This document shows, piece by piece, positions 22,783 through 22,927 of a stretch of 22,927 nt of DNA. Made by a program: the position numbers and the translations under genes. Every line of letters begins with the position of its first letter. Position 1 is the stretch's first letter. The DNA comes from Catajapyx aquilonaris (lineage: Eukaryota). Location of the stretch: NCBI GenBank assembly GCA_000934665.2, contig KZ538059.1:124001-146927 (forward strand). The letters run 5' to 3'. The notes beneath the pieces are model-generated. The model saw only the letters and a list, made by a program, of their open reading frames with translations, searched no databases and had not been told where the DNA came from.

Positions 22783-22927
22783 GTAGGCAGTAAACTCCCG
22801 TGATCGTCAATTCGGACATCACAACTGCAGGGGGGGCGTGGGGTACCCCAGGGCAGCACCATCAGCCCGGTCCTGTTTAATGTAATGATGGCCGATTTGC
22901 CTACCAGGCTGGCAGGCATCAATGGGG
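22783..22927 (+). pseudogene. degenerate non-LTR retrotransposon (LINE) reverse transcriptase fragment, continuing beyond the window
   Basis: The + frame from 22804 reads SSIRTSQLQGGRGVPQGSTISPVLFNVMMADLPTRLAGING, containing the LINE RT motif GVPQGSxxSPxLFN that precedes YADD. In-frame stops lie at 22780-22782 and 22801-22803. Confidence 0.85.

Overview
AT-rich eukaryotic non-coding DNA, probably from an arthropod (suggested by an interstitial TTAGG tract and the repeat types). It reads as a large intron or intergenic region. I found no intact protein-coding gene, rRNA, true tRNA or CRISPR array, and none of the supplied ORFs resembles a protein family I recognise. What can be supported is mostly transposable-element debris: a full-length tRNA-derived SINE with a 13-bp target-site duplication (11213-11561, - strand); a 146-bp MITE with near-perfect 35-bp TIRs and TA flanks (8827-8972); a hAT/Charlie-like non-autonomous element (22267-22706); a degenerate LINE reverse-transcriptase fragment missed by the ORF track (22783-end); several retroposon 3' ends (hairpin plus simple-repeat tail); a probable Helitron-like element; and microsatellites. 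The least explained structures are a GTGGGGAC/GTCCCCAC multi-palindrome cassette with (TTAGG)4 (13671-13910) and a diverged ~450-bp direct duplication with highly conserved blocks (19831-20299 and 20818-21255). I see no strong evidence for a novel biological system. Family assignments come from recalled motif resemblance, not database searches.
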